Notes: generated by a model from the letters alone, not told the origin. Positions 35,863-46,502 are shown, counted from the stretch's first letter. The stretch: DNA of 55,598 bases from Candidatus Buchananbacteria bacterium (GCA_903888345.1 CAISTG010000038.1:1-55598); one strand, 5' to 3'. Numbers and translations: made by a program.

Positions 35863-36465
35863 TTATTTTTTGGTTGTCGTGGCGCTAGTTGAAGCAACGC
35901 TCGTAGTGGTAGCTTTTGTTGAGGCGGTGGTCGAAGAAATTTTGATTGGTGTGGTGCTGGTTTTAGTAGAACTAACAGTAGTTAGGGTTGAAGACGTTGT
36001 CGTCAGGGGAGTGGAGGTCGCTGGTAGTGGTGTGGTCGAGGTTGTGATCGAGTTTATGTAGTTATTACGCGCTCCAAAGTTAAAGGGGCTTAGTAGACTA
36101 CTTAGTCGATTCCAGTTGGCTAGAGCCGCTTTGGCCTCAATGTTCTTGATGATTTCGTTGAATTTTGCTTGATTAAGTTGACTAGCGGCGACCTCAATTT
36201 TTAAATTACTGACAACTTCCGCCTGAGTCATGGTTAAATAGAAATTGTTGTAAAGAAAAGCAAAAAACCAAATTAGGATCGCCACAATTAAGACGATGGT
36301 GAGGGGATAAATACGGCGAATCAAGGCCGAGGTGTCTAAGTTCAGTTGCTTATTTTTTTTGTCACCACCAAAAGAGAAATTAAAAAATTTCTTACTGAGT
36401 ACCGGTGTCGTTGCTTGCTCGTTTTGTTCGGCGAGGGTTTCGGTTAATTTTTCGTTTGGTAGCAT
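35863..36465 (-). CDS. pilus-operon membrane protein with Thr/Ser-rich tail (PilP position)
   Basis: One TM; last gene of the pilMNO unit. Confidence 0.6.
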   Translation of the reverse strand: MLPNEKLTETLAEQNEQATTPVLSKKFFNFSFGGDKKNKQLNLDTSALIRRIYPLTIVLIVAILIWFFAFLYNNFYLTMTQAEVVSNLKIEVAASQLNQAKFNEIIKNIEAKAALANWNRLSSLLSPFNFGARNNYINSITTSTTPLPATSTPLTTTSSTLTTVSSTKTSTTPIKISSTTASTKATTTSVASTSATTTKK

Positions 36466-36471
36466 AATAAA

Positions 36472-37035
36472 TTATTGCTTGATCTTCGTTTCTTCGTCCA
36501 TCAGATAGACTTGGCCCGTTAAGGATAGCTGCATGGTAGAAGTGGCAGCGGTTGTGGCCCCAGTTAAATCAATATTGTCGACAATATAGTAATAGGGGGT
36601 GCCATCAAGATCGTTGGTAAAAGACATGAGGTCACTAAAAGTGCCACGAGCATTAATGGTTAAGGGAATTTTGATCAGTTGATCGCCGATTCTTTGTCCA
36701 GTAAAGTCGGGACTAATGGAGATGGCCACATGATGTTGGCTGGCCAGAGCCTCATAAATTGTCAGCAGGCTTAGCTCTTCGCCGGGTTTAATAAAGACTT
36801 GGTCGAGATTTTTGACTGAACCTTCGATGTTGTCTAATTCGTTCTTGATTCTTTTGGCATTTAAACCGCTGTTTAATTTTTTCTCTAAATCGGATTTTTC
36901 TTGGCTAATTTGATGCTTGATGGTTATGATTTTGTGGAAGGCTGGATAAATTAAAACTAGACTAACCACACCCAACATAAAAATTAGGAACAGTGAATAG
37001 ATGAGATAATAGCGATAGATTGGCTGATTCTTCAT
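36472..37035 (-). CDS. pilO: type IV pilus assembly protein PilO-like
   Basis: TM, coiled coil and IPLTINARGTFSDLMSF. Confidence 0.75.
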   Translation of the reverse strand: MKNQPIYRYYLIYSLFLIFMLGVVSLVLIYPAFHKIITIKHQISQEKSDLEKKLNSGLNAKRIKNELDNIEGSVKNLDQVFIKPGEELSLLTIYEALASQHHVAISISPDFTGQRIGDQLIKIPLTINARGTFSDLMSFTNDLDGTPYYYIVDNIDLTGATTAATSTMQLSLTGQVYLMDEETKIKQ

Positions 37036-37574
37036 AGTTGAGGCAGTTTGGTCGGGTTAAGCTCCAAACGAATAATGAAATCATTATTTTCTTTGTCGAT
37101 TAAGGAGGCCATGGGTAGATCGACTGATTTGATCCAGTTAATAATGGACAATTGATTTTTGAAGTCCACTAGATCATTGCGAGTGCGCGCGCTGCCGGTA
37201 AGTTCGACGAGATTTTGCTGGCGGTAGACATGGATTTCCTGGTAAGCGACGTTGGTGGGCGCCAGTAATGACAGATCTTCGAGTAAACGACGATTAGAAA
37301 TAAAATTCGCCTGCACATTACTGATTGTTTGAATGCGAGCATTTAATTCAGAGATTTTTTTATCAGTGCTGGCGTTACTGGCAATAAAAGTGGCATTAGC
37401 AATGGCTAAATCCACTAGTTCTTTCTCGAGATAATAACGCGAGACCCAGAGCAGAGTCGCAATAATTGTGGCAAACAAAAATAATAAAGTCAGCGATTCT
37501 TTGATGGCTTCGTAAAGTCGCGTATTGCGTAGAGCGATTTTTTGTTCTTTGGGTATTAAATTAAGGGCGATCAT
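37032..37574 (-). CDS. pilN: type IV pilus assembly protein PilN-like
   Basis: LNLIP N-terminal motif, TM and LTGSARTR.DL..F. Confidence 0.8.
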   Translation of the reverse strand: MIALNLIPKEQKIALRNTRLYEAIKESLTLLFLFATIIATLLWVSRYYLEKELVDLAIANATFIASNASTDKKISELNARIQTISNVQANFISNRRLLEDLSLLAPTNVAYQEIHVYRQQNLVELTGSARTRNDLVDFKNQLSIINWIKSVDLPMASLIDKENNDFIIRLELNPTKLPQL

Positions 37575-38631
37575 AAAAAGTTTCTGGTTGTAAACCTCGA
37601 AGGCCTAAGCCGAAAGTGGTGATGAATGATTGACTTTTGGCTGGCGTAAAGAAGCCCTTGTTAGGATTAGTGATAACCGTAAAGGGCTCACTAATTGTTG
37701 TGGCAATGTCGGTTGATTTCTTAATAATCTTGGCTAAATTCAGCATATTGGAGCCGCCACCACAAATAATTATCGCTTTAATTTCCTTGGGGTTGATAAA
37801 ATTCTCGTAATAAAAATTGACCGCATTCAAGATTTCGCGCGCCAGTTCTTCAATTGTTGGAGCCAGGATTTCTAAAACTGCGCCTTGGCATTTGGTTTCG
37901 TCGAGGCCACAAATAATCTTCGCTTCTTCGGCTTGCGGCAAGGTTAAGTCTAGGGTCTGGGAAATGACTTCATCAATTTGGTTTCCGGAAATGTTGAGAC
38001 TAACCGTGAACTGAATGGCATCACCGTCGTAAAGGAAAAGACCGGTGCGATTTTGACCGATATCGATAACGATTTGCGGAACATGATTTTTGTTGATGTC
38101 AATGAGAAGATTACTGATAGCGGCGGCTTCAATTTCTAAAACCACTGGAATAATTCCCGCTTCTGCAAAAATCTTGAGGTAATCATTAACTAGCGTTTTG
38201 GGCGAAGCCCCGACAATAACTTGACAAGTGGTAGCATCTTTTTTAACTATTTGATAATCCCAATAAATTTCCTCCATACTTAGTGGTAAGGCCTGAGGTA
38301 AAACTTGTTCAATTAAATCTGGAATTTGCGAATTTGAATTAATTTCAAGATTAAGGGTTTTAAGAAAAGTTTCCGTTTCCGGTAGCGAGATCACCGCTTC
38401 TTTGGATAGTTGACCGCGACCGATTTTGGTTTTTAGTAATTTATGTAGATGCGCAATAAAAACTTCCGGCTGTTTGATTTCGCCTTTAACTAAGCAACCG
38501 ACTGGCAGCTGTATTTCGTTATAGATTTTTAGCTTGGGGTGTTTACGTCCGGTCGAGAATTGCGCTAAGCGCAAAGTCTGATCGGAGATATCTAAACCAA
38601 AAGCTTTTTCTTTAGTCGAAAATAACGACAC
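37561..38631 (-). CDS. pilM: type IV pilus assembly protein PilM
   Basis: FGLDISD, IDIGQNRT, AEEAK, ICGGGS actin-like fold. Confidence 0.9.
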   Translation of the reverse strand: MSLFSTKEKAFGLDISDQTLRLAQFSTGRKHPKLKIYNEIQLPVGCLVKGEIKQPEVFIAHLHKLLKTKIGRGQLSKEAVISLPETETFLKTLNLEINSNSQIPDLIEQVLPQALPLSMEEIYWDYQIVKKDATTCQVIVGASPKTLVNDYLKIFAEAGIIPVVLEIEAAAISNLLIDINKNHVPQIVIDIGQNRTGLFLYDGDAIQFTVSLNISGNQIDEVISQTLDLTLPQAEEAKIICGLDETKCQGAVLEILAPTIEELAREILNAVNFYYENFINPKEIKAIIICGGGSNMLNLAKIIKKSTDIATTISEPFTVITNPNKGFFTPAKSQSFITTFGLGLRGLQPETFYDRP

Positions 38632-38744
38632 GATAATTTTTTAGTTACTAACAAAAATAATTAGTGGATGTTACTTATATTATAACACTAACTGGCAATT
38701 AAAGAAAATATTTTGACAACGTTTAATTGATTTCGGGGTATTAT

Positions 38745-40013
38745 TTAGTATTCCTCTTCCCAGTGATCAACAGTAACGATTGGCGAAAATTGAGGGTCGC
38801 TGCCTAAAACAATAGGATTGTCATAAGTCAAGTAGATCCCTTTCACGCTTGATACCGATAGTCCATTGCCGCCGATAATTGCCCCGGTTACGTATACATC
38901 ATTGGGCAGTCCAGAAAAAGTAATGCCATTAGCCGTGTAGATGAGGCCTGTTACGTTCATTCCTTTGAGGCAAGACTGAAAATTAATTCCATTCATGCTT
39001 ATAATCCCCGTCGCATCAGTCGGGTTCAGTCTATTGATTGTTAGGTAGGTTCCATTGCAGTATGAGCCGGAACAACAGTCCGATGTTGCTTGACCGATAA
39101 TCATGCTATTTTCTGCTACCAGCGCCCCATTTATTACGAGGTTAGTACTGCCCTTAATCGTGATACTGCCAGTAACATAAATAACGCCATTAAGAGTCAG
39201 CGTTTTACCCTGATTGGCTGCTAATAAATTACTAAATTCGGTCTGGCTATAAATATGCCCATTTCTCGTAGCCATCGATTTGTAGGAGTCTGGATCATTG
39301 GAATTAGTAACAGAGATCGCTGGCATTGGGGTAGAGGTGGGAGCGGGGTTGTCGTGTTTGTCGGCAGTAGATGAGGCGTATAAGAGGGCACCACTATTAA
39401 CAATTAAGTTGTTGACGGCTCTAACTGATCCATTTACCCTGACGACGCTTGATTGCATTATTTGGGTGTTATTATTAGAAAACATGCCGCCGTTAGTAAC
39501 GTAAAGTTTGGAATTATTAATATCAATGCCGTTGGCCGAATATTTAGCTGTTCCCGGCAATACGGTAGAAGTAATTGCCTTATAAACTCCGGCTTCAATT
39601 ACTCGACGTGAAGAGTTTGTTCCTAGATTGAGGTTGGCAGTAACCGTGATAACACCTCGAGCATTATCAGTATTTTGGATGTGAATAGTGTAGGAGCCAT
39701 TGGGGTAGAGTGCCGAACTTCTGGTGGTGGTAACTGCCCAGGTTGGATCATCTTCAAAATTAGTTTTCCAAGTTGAGTCATTTTTTAATTTCCAAATCGC
39801 TTCAGCTACACCGGCTTCTGCCAAATAGTAGGTTTGGACGGAAGTTTTTTGGCTGCTGGCAATACGACGTTCAGTTAATGTAAAGCTGGTCGCATAAATG
39901 GCTAATGATAATATTAAGAGCATAACTAGCATTGCTGTTACTAGAACAAAACCAGCCTGAGAAGTTTTTGTTAAGCGTAATTTACGCTGATAAAAATTAA
40001 AGGTTGCGGCCAT
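38745..40013 (-). CDS. PilX-like minor pilin
   Basis: AGFVLV cleavage motif without E+5; YYLAEAGVAEA. Confidence 0.8.
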   Translation of the reverse strand: MAATFNFYQRKLRLTKTSQAGFVLVTAMLVMLLILSLAIYATSFTLTERRIASSQKTSVQTYYLAEAGVAEAIWKLKNDSTWKTNFEDDPTWAVTTTRSSALYPNGSYTIHIQNTDNARGVITVTANLNLGTNSSRRVIEAGVYKAITSTVLPGTAKYSANGIDINNSKLYVTNGGMFSNNNTQIMQSSVVRVNGSVRAVNNLIVNSGALLYASSTADKHDNPAPTSTPMPAISVTNSNDPDSYKSMATRNGHIYSQTEFSNLLAANQGKTLTLNGVIYVTGSITIKGSTNLVINGALVAENSMIIGQATSDCCSGSYCNGTYLTINRLNPTDATGIISMNGINFQSCLKGMNVTGLIYTANGITFSGLPNDVYVTGAIIGGNGLSVSSVKGIYLTYDNPIVLGSDPQFSPIVTVDHWEEEY

Positions 40014-40560
40014 AAACTGAAGTATTGATAATGATATTTTTATTATTTTTAGTTAAATATAAATTAATATTAATCAGGCTTTCACCCCAAAACTCAATAT
40101 CGTCGATGTATTCTCCGATTATTTTTTCATCGAGTGTTTGTTGAATTGGTTGACTGTAAGGCGGATCGCTATCAGTGTCAAAGAAATGGACGTAAGCAGT
40201 TGAGCTCGCAGCAAAATAATAGATGATTGTCTGCCGTTTAAGATTGGTGCCATCCATGAAATAACGAATATATCGAATATCGCTGGTATTGTGTCCGTCT
40301 TGAAACATAATCTCTGATGGTAATAGATTGGGGTTCGAATTCGATTCTGGAAGTTGCGTGACAACCTCTGGTGTTTGTCGCACCTCGCGAACAATTCGGT
40401 CCAAAATAACGCGGCCATTTTGACTTAATTCCGCCTTGGTATCAGTTTCCGTATAGACTCTCTGACTAATAATATAGACGCCACTGATTAAAATAAATAT
40501 CAAGGCCGCAATGGAGATAGTGATTATAACTTCAATTAAACTAAAAGCCCTCTGTTTCAT
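39997..40560 (-). CDS. PilW-like minor pilin
   Basis: AFSLIEVII prepilin motif. Confidence 0.8.
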   Translation of the reverse strand: MKQRAFSLIEVIITISIAALIFILISGVYIISQRVYTETDTKAELSQNGRVILDRIVREVRQTPEVVTQLPESNSNPNLLPSEIMFQDGHNTSDIRYIRYFMDGTNLKRQTIIYYFAASSTAYVHFFDTDSDPPYSQPIQQTLDEKIIGEYIDDIEFWGESLININLYLTKNNKNIIINTSVYGRNL

Positions 40561-40562
40561 AA

Positions 40563-40991
40563 TTATTTTTGACTTATTAAAATTGTCACTGGTAGACTAC
40601 TGGAAGTATTAATCGTCGGAAGGTGGTAAAAGACGGTAACAGTAATTTTTTTGAGCCCCAGATCAGCAGTCGAGGTATTCAGGTTACTGTCAACGGTTGT
40701 GACTACAGTTTGTCGCTCGTAATTATAAAAGGGGTTTTGAGTGCTGGTGGCTAAACGATGACGTGCTTCAATCGTGCTGGTGCCGATACTTTCATAGCCT
40801 AACGAAAATAGCTCCTCGATTTTTGCCTGCGCCAAATCAGCAGCAACTGTTTCTTGCTCGGCGTTTTTGGAAATTTTTAAGGCTAAAGGAAAAAGTTTAA
40901 TGATACCCAAAATACCGATCGTTAAAACGGCGACCGCTAAGACGGCCTCGATCATGGTGATACCGCGTTTGTTATTAATCGATTTTAACAT
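40563..40991 (-). CDS. PilV-like minor pilin
   Basis: GITMIEAVLA...LAQAKIEEL. Confidence 0.8.
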   Translation of the reverse strand: MLKSINNKRGITMIEAVLAVAVLTIGILGIIKLFPLALKISKNAEQETVAADLAQAKIEELFSLGYESIGTSTIEARHRLATSTQNPFYNYERQTVVTTVDSNLNTSTADLGLKKITVTVFYHLPTINTSSSLPVTILISQK

Positions 40992-41424
40992 AGCCCGATG
41001 GTTTAATTTCTATGATTGCCGTATGATTGAGGGGATTAATGAGGGTAATACTGCCAATAGAGAGTGCTGCCCCTGTGGCATTGAAAGTGACGGTACTGCT
41101 GGTTAGACCGCTAATATTTTGCAGACGAATATTATTTTTTATGGTTACGGTTTTAATGGCCGTGCTGGTAGCTGTATTTTTGATTTGATAAGAGTTGGAG
41201 TTGACGTTAAAGCTGACGCTGTAGTTGACTTGCGTAGTGACGGCCAGTTGCTGGGCATAACGCAAATCAGAGGTTAAATCACGGGTAGCCGAACTAAGAT
41301 TGTAGTTTTTGATGGCACCATCAAAGAATGGCACACAAATAATGGCGATGATGGCTAAAATGCCAATCGCAATTAATAATTCTATTAAAGAAAAGCCCGC
41401 AGGCGTAGTTTTGATAACTAACAT
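40975..41424 (-). CDS. FimT/GspH-like minor pilin
   Basis: GFSLIELLI...LRYAQQLA...TFNATG. Confidence 0.82.
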   Translation of the reverse strand: MLVIKTTPAGFSLIELLIAIGILAIIAIICVPFFDGAIKNYNLSSATRDLTSDLRYAQQLAVTTQVNYSVSFNVNSNSYQIKNTATSTAIKTVTIKNNIRLQNISGLTSSTVTFNATGAALSIGSITLINPLNHTAIIEIKPSGYVKID

Positions 41425-42494
41425 TAAAAAGCTTGAGTCAAAGAATAAATTGGCAAGATAACGGCGATGGCCAGGCCACCGACAGCGGCGCCCATCATCA
41501 ACATCAGAATTGGTTCGATGATAACTGGCAGATTTTCCATGGTTTGTTCAACTTCTTCTTGATAAAAATCAGCCATATTTTTTAGAACAACGTCCAAGGC
41601 TCCAGTTTCTTCACCGACTGAAATCATCTGAATAACAATGGGCGACATAATATTAGAATATTCTTTAAAAATATCGGCGATCTTTTTTCCTTTTTTAACT
41701 TTTTCCGCTGCTTCTAATAAGGCTCGTTTATACAGTTCGTTGTTTAAGGTATTGGCGGTAATCTTCAGGGCCTCTGGAATGGCGATATCGGTTTGAATGA
41801 GATTACTTAAATTAAGTGCGAGTCTAGCAATATTAACCTTTTTAATAATGTCTCCAGCAATCGGAGTTTTAAGCAGTATTTGATGCCAGATGGGGCGACC
41901 GAAGCTAGTGCGTGTCCAACGTAAGAACAGAAAAATAAAGATAATCAGAGCCGGAAAAAAGATTAAGCCGTCGTTTTGGGCGAAATTAGAAATGCCGATT
42001 AAGATTTTGGTTGGCAATGGTAAATCGACATTCAAATCTTTAAACATTGAAGTGATATTGGGCAGCACAAAGAAAATTACTAAAGCCCCAATGCCCAACA
42101 TCGCGCAAACGATGATGACCGGGTAAGTCATGGCATTACGGATTTTAGTTTTTAAGGTGTGATCTTTTTTGGATTGAATATATAAGCCATTAAGAACGCC
42201 TTCAAGACTGCCAGACGCTTCGCCGGCAGCGATCATGTTAATGAAAATTTCACCGAAATCCTTAGCATAGGGCGTCAAGGCTTCGGCAAAAGATTTGCCC
42301 GCTGTAATTTTTTCTTTGGTGTCGAGTAGGATGTTTTTTAATTTTGGGCTTTTGGTTTGATCGGCAATAGTATTGAGGGCCTCACCCAGTGGTAATCCCG
42401 CTCGAATCATAACGCCCAAATTTTGCAGTAAGAAGATTTTAGCCGTGGCGGGAATTTTTTGGAGATTAACAAACCAGAATTCAATTTTAGTCAT
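41424..42494 (-). CDS. pilC: type IV pilus platform protein PilC/GspF
   Basis: Two GspF repeats; AGEASGSLE and VGEETGALD. Confidence 0.92.
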   Translation of the reverse strand: MTKIEFWFVNLQKIPATAKIFLLQNLGVMIRAGLPLGEALNTIADQTKSPKLKNILLDTKEKITAGKSFAEALTPYAKDFGEIFINMIAAGEASGSLEGVLNGLYIQSKKDHTLKTKIRNAMTYPVIIVCAMLGIGALVIFFVLPNITSMFKDLNVDLPLPTKILIGISNFAQNDGLIFFPALIIFIFLFLRWTRTSFGRPIWHQILLKTPIAGDIIKKVNIARLALNLSNLIQTDIAIPEALKITANTLNNELYKRALLEAAEKVKKGKKIADIFKEYSNIMSPIVIQMISVGEETGALDVVLKNMADFYQEEVEQTMENLPVIIEPILMLMMGAAVGGLAIAVILPIYSLTQAF

Positions 42495-42502
42495 AATAAT
42501 TA

Positions 42503-44239
42503 CTATTCTTTAGTGACTCTTAGTACTTCTTCAATCGAAGTAATGCCGCTTTTGGCCTTAATGAAACCATCTTGCAAGATCGTGATCATGCCGTTTTTGA
42601 CGGCGGCTTTTTGTAATTCGGCGCGGGAGGCTTTGGTTAAGATCATTTGGCTGATTTCATCATTGATTTCAATGATTTCATAGATTCCAAGACGTCCCTT
42701 GTAACCACTGTTATTGCATTGTTGGCAGCCACGGCCGCGATAAAATAAAACGTTCTTGATTTTTTGTTTTTTGACTAAGAAGCCGAGTTGACTGAGATTT
42801 TTTTCAAGTTCAGGAATGTTGAATTCTTTTTCTAGTTCTTTATAAGTTTTGGCGTCCAGATTATAACTCTCGATGCAGTTGCGGCAGATTTTTCGGACTA
42901 AACGTTGAGCAATAATAATGTTGATAGTTGAGGAAATTAAAAAGGTTGGTACGCCCATATCGATGAAACGGGGGATAGCAGTAACGGCGTCATTAGTATG
43001 CAACGTTGAGAGCACTAAATGCCCCGTCATAGCGGCGTTAATAGCGATGTCCGCAGTTTCATTGTCACGAATTTCGCCCACCAGAATAATGTTCGGATCT
43101 TGGCGTAAAAAGGCGCGGAGTGCTCCAGCGAAAGTAAAGCCGATTTTTGGTTGTACTTGGCATTGATTGACGCCAGGCATTTTATATTCGATCGGATCCT
43201 CAATTGTGGAGATGTTGACCTCTGGTTTGTTAAGTATTTGTAACATGGTGTATAAGGTCGTGGTTTTACCGCTACCGGTTGGACCAGTCACCAGCACCAT
43301 GCCGTGTGGTTTGCTAATATTACGTTTGACGATTTCTAAGACTTGCGGTTGAAAACCCAGTTGCTCTAAGCTCATTTGTTGGGCTTGATCTGGCAAGAGA
43401 CGCATGACGACTTTTTCACCATCAAAAGTGGGAATAATAGACACACGGAACGACACTTGATAGTCAGAAGTTTTGATTTTGAAACGGCCATCTTGGGGTA
43501 AACGGTGTTCGTCTAATTTTAGATTGGAAAGAATCTTAATTCTCGCAATAATACCAGCATGGGCGGTTTTTGGTAGTGTCATTACTTTGCGTAAAATACC
43601 ATCAATACGATAACGCACGGACACCTCTTGATCGGTCGGCTCAATATGAATATCGGAAGCCTTTTCTAAAATTGCGTATTCGAGGAGGGTGTCAACGACG
43701 CGAACTACTGGCAAGTCTTGGGCCAAAGTTTTTAAATTTTCTTCTTTGGTGATGTTTTCGAGGCCGTTATTATTACTATTTTCTTTTTCACCAAGAATTT
43801 CTGCTGACAAACCCTTATGGTATTGTTTAATGATTTCACTAATATTTTCTGGGCTGGTTAAATGTAAACTAATCTCTAAATTAGTTTTTTTGCCTAAGTA
43901 GTCGAAGAGTTCGATATTCGAAATATCTAAGGTCGCAATTTTTAGTTCTTTGTCATCTTTATCAAAAGCGATTGTTTGGTGTGCCTTGGCAGTAATTTCG
44001 GGAATAATAAATAAGATATCCTTGCGAATAATGCGACTTTTAAGGTCAATATAGGGCAGTTTATAATATTTAGCTGCTGCCTCATAAATAACTTGGGAAG
44101 AAATAATTTTCTTTTCCAATAGAAAATCTTCGAGTTTTTTGCCGGCGGTGCGTGCCTTGGCCAGATAATCTTTTAGTTCTTTTTCTTTTAAGATGTTATT
44201 GGTCAGCAAAATTTCCTCAAAATCTTTTTGACTAAGCAT
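42503..44239 (-). CDS. pilB: type IV pilus extension ATPase PilB/GspE
   Basis: ASDIHIEP, GPTGSGKTT, LRQDPNIILVGEIRD, TGHLVLSTLHTN, tetra-Cys. Confidence 0.95.
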   Translation of the reverse strand: MLSQKDFEEILLTNNILKEKELKDYLAKARTAGKKLEDFLLEKKIISSQVIYEAAAKYYKLPYIDLKSRIIRKDILFIIPEITAKAHQTIAFDKDDKELKIATLDISNIELFDYLGKKTNLEISLHLTSPENISEIIKQYHKGLSAEILGEKENSNNNGLENITKEENLKTLAQDLPVVRVVDTLLEYAILEKASDIHIEPTDQEVSVRYRIDGILRKVMTLPKTAHAGIIARIKILSNLKLDEHRLPQDGRFKIKTSDYQVSFRVSIIPTFDGEKVVMRLLPDQAQQMSLEQLGFQPQVLEIVKRNISKPHGMVLVTGPTGSGKTTTLYTMLQILNKPEVNISTIEDPIEYKMPGVNQCQVQPKIGFTFAGALRAFLRQDPNIILVGEIRDNETADIAINAAMTGHLVLSTLHTNDAVTAIPRFIDMGVPTFLISSTINIIIAQRLVRKICRNCIESYNLDAKTYKELEKEFNIPELEKNLSQLGFLVKKQKIKNVLFYRGRGCQQCNNSGYKGRLGIYEIIEINDEISQMILTKASRAELQKAAVKNGMITILQDGFIKAKSGITSIEEVLRVTKE

Positions 44240-44363
44240 AATTGTATAAATTACGAATTACGAAATTAAGAATGATAAATCAATTCTTAATAGATGTTTG
44301 TCGCCTTCCGGGGCATTAATATTATCATTATTATAACATAATTTCATAAAGTAAACAAAATTT

Positions 44364-44393
44364 AAAAACCACTAAGAGATTATCTTAGTGGTT
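44364..44393 (-). terminator. intrinsic terminator
   Basis: aaccactaaga/tcttagtggtt with a minus-strand U tract. Confidence 0.8.
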
Positions 44394-44408
44394 CGAAAGT
44401 TCAAATTG

Positions 44409-45263
44409 TTAAAAAATGTATCTGATGCCTTGCTTGGCATAGCCTACAAAGTCACTGACGTCATGCTTATCAAAGTTATCATCATAATGTTTGAGTAGCA
44501 TTTTCTTTTTTATTTCCGGTGGCAACTGTTTCAAGTCAGTTAGCGGTGCATGGACGGCACCGGGGAAAAACTGAACGTCATGGAACATCATCTCAGAGCG
44601 ATCGGCATACAGTTCAATCAACTCCCGATCGAATTTAGTGTCACCAGAATAGAAGACACGGTCATCGATCAAAAGTCCATAGCTTAAAAAGGCCGCTTCC
44701 CAATTTTTGGCTTGCTCGGGAATATGGACCGTGCGGAAGATTTCCAAATGAATGCCTTCATAATCAAGCTCAAAAGTTTCTCGCGGTTGATGCGTTTTCC
44801 AGCCGGGATGAATAATATCAAAGAGATCAGTAACCATCATGCTATGGCCATCACTAATCGCTTCTTCATTCCATTCCAGCCCGCCGCGCAGCGTATTATC
44901 CCAGAGGACCCGCTGATATTCTCGACAAATAATCATTTTGATTTTCGGATGATTGAGTAGTGGCCGGCCGATGTAACGATTTTGTAAAGCCAGGCACTCA
45001 AAACCGCCGACATGATCGGCATGAGAGTGGGTGGGCAAAACGCAACGGATATCTGTTGGCTTTAAACGTGTAGTTTTGGCAATAGCCATTTTACCATCGG
45101 CGCCGAAATCTACCAATAAGTGTGCCTGACCTTTGATAATCAGCGCGCACGTATTAAAATGGCGGGTCGCGTTGGCCGATCCGGTACCAATAAAGAATAG
45201 TTCTAATTCTCCGTTGTTCGTTAAAGAGAGCGTATCTTTTTTCAGTAACCGTTTGGTTTTCAT
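44409..45263 (-). CDS. MBL-fold metallo-hydrolase (Apyc1/RNase Z-like phosphodiesterase)
   Basis: FIGTGSA, THSHADHVGG, LW..TLRGGL, FYSGDT.FD, FHDVQ....VHA, LKHY; SD ggagg. Confidence 0.8.
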   Translation of the reverse strand: MKTKRLLKKDTLSLTNNGELELFFIGTGSANATRHFNTCALIIKGQAHLLVDFGADGKMAIAKTTRLKPTDIRCVLPTHSHADHVGGFECLALQNRYIGRPLLNHPKIKMIICREYQRVLWDNTLRGGLEWNEEAISDGHSMMVTDLFDIIHPGWKTHQPRETFELDYEGIHLEIFRTVHIPEQAKNWEAAFLSYGLLIDDRVFYSGDTKFDRELIELYADRSEMMFHDVQFFPGAVHAPLTDLKQLPPEIKKKMLLKHYDDNFDKHDVSDFVGYAKQGIRYIF

Positions 45264-45365
45264 GGTCAGCCTCCGTTTGACTAGTTGTTGTAAAGTTCTT
45301 AATTAACTTACTAAACCATGACGGCGCCGGAAAATAAATTCCGACGCCGAACATAGATTGCTAAG

Positions 45366-46502
45366 TTACTCAGTGATATTAATTGCTACTTTAGCAGCGA
45401 GTTCTTGGTAAGTCAAGGCAGTTTCTTTGGCGATGTTATTCCAGTCGTATTCGCTGGCAGCGCGAGCTTTGGCTTTAATGGCGAGATTATTCATGATTTC
45501 TGGATTAGCTAAGGCAAATTTAAGTTTTCTTTTTAGGTCATCAACCGATTTATTGGCGAATTCCAGTGAAACGCCTTCAGCGGCTTCTTGGTTTTCTTCA
45601 ATATTGGAAATAATTACCGGTACGCCGTAAAGCATGGCTTCTAATAATGCGATTGATAATCCTTCTGCCTCTGAAGGCTGAATGAATAAACCGGCATTAC
45701 TAAAGAGGGTAGTTAGATCAGCGCCGGACTTTTGACCGGCAAAAATAATATTTGGGTTGTTCTTGGCGAGGTCTTTGATTTCATTGACGTAGGAGTCAGA
45801 GTTAGCCCCATCGCCGACGATTACTAATTTTTGGTCAGTAGTTAAATGATTGTAAGCTTTAATTAAAGTATGCAAGCCTTTGTGGCGGACAATGCGAGAG
45901 ATGGCCACGATATAATTTTGTGGTTGCAATGATAGTTTATTCAAGATTTCAGTTTCGTTGGTCGGATGAATAGCGACGCCATTAGGAATATATTTAGCGT
46001 GAGTGTTGTATTGGTAGCGACTGTATCGTTCTAGAGTTTTGGAAATAACGATTGTTTGATGCGGAAATTTACAGGCTGCCCATTCACCAATCTGTAACAT
46101 TAATTTCGCAAATACGCCCCATTTTTGGTGTTGGCGATCTAAACAATGGAAAGTGACAATAACCTTGGTTTGTGGTTTAAAGATTCTTGGGATCCAAGAG
46201 AGTAATGCCGGACCGACACCATGATAATGAATAATGTCATAATCTTGGCGCAGGGCATGCAGACTGGAAATTAGGGTATGTGAAATAGCATCGAGATGCT
46301 TAGTGTTGAAAGATGGGGTGGTAATGACATTAACTCCGTTCCACTGGTAGGTTTTAGCAGAATTTCCAGTATAGTGCTTCCGAGCATAGACATAAATATC
46401 AAAACCTAACCCTGCCATTTTTTGGGAGAGTTCTTCGACGTGTTTTTCGATTCCACCTTGTTTGGTTGGAACGCCTTTTTGGCCGATGTAAGCGATTTTC
46501 AT
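45366..46502 (-). CDS. GT4-family glycosyltransferase
   Basis: GQKGVP..GGIEKHVEEL; PS..EGLSIALLEAM. Confidence 0.92.
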   Translation of the reverse strand: MKIAYIGQKGVPTKQGGIEKHVEELSQKMAGLGFDIYVYARKHYTGNSAKTYQWNGVNVITTPSFNTKHLDAISHTLISSLHALRQDYDIIHYHGVGPALLSWIPRIFKPQTKVIVTFHCLDRQHQKWGVFAKLMLQIGEWAACKFPHQTIVISKTLERYSRYQYNTHAKYIPNGVAIHPTNETEILNKLSLQPQNYIVAISRIVRHKGLHTLIKAYNHLTTDQKLVIVGDGANSDSYVNEIKDLAKNNPNIIFAGQKSGADLTTLFSNAGLFIQPSEAEGLSIALLEAMLYGVPVIISNIEENQEAAEGVSLEFANKSVDDLKRKLKFALANPEIMNNLAIKAKARAASEYDWNNIAKETALTYQELAAKVAINITE

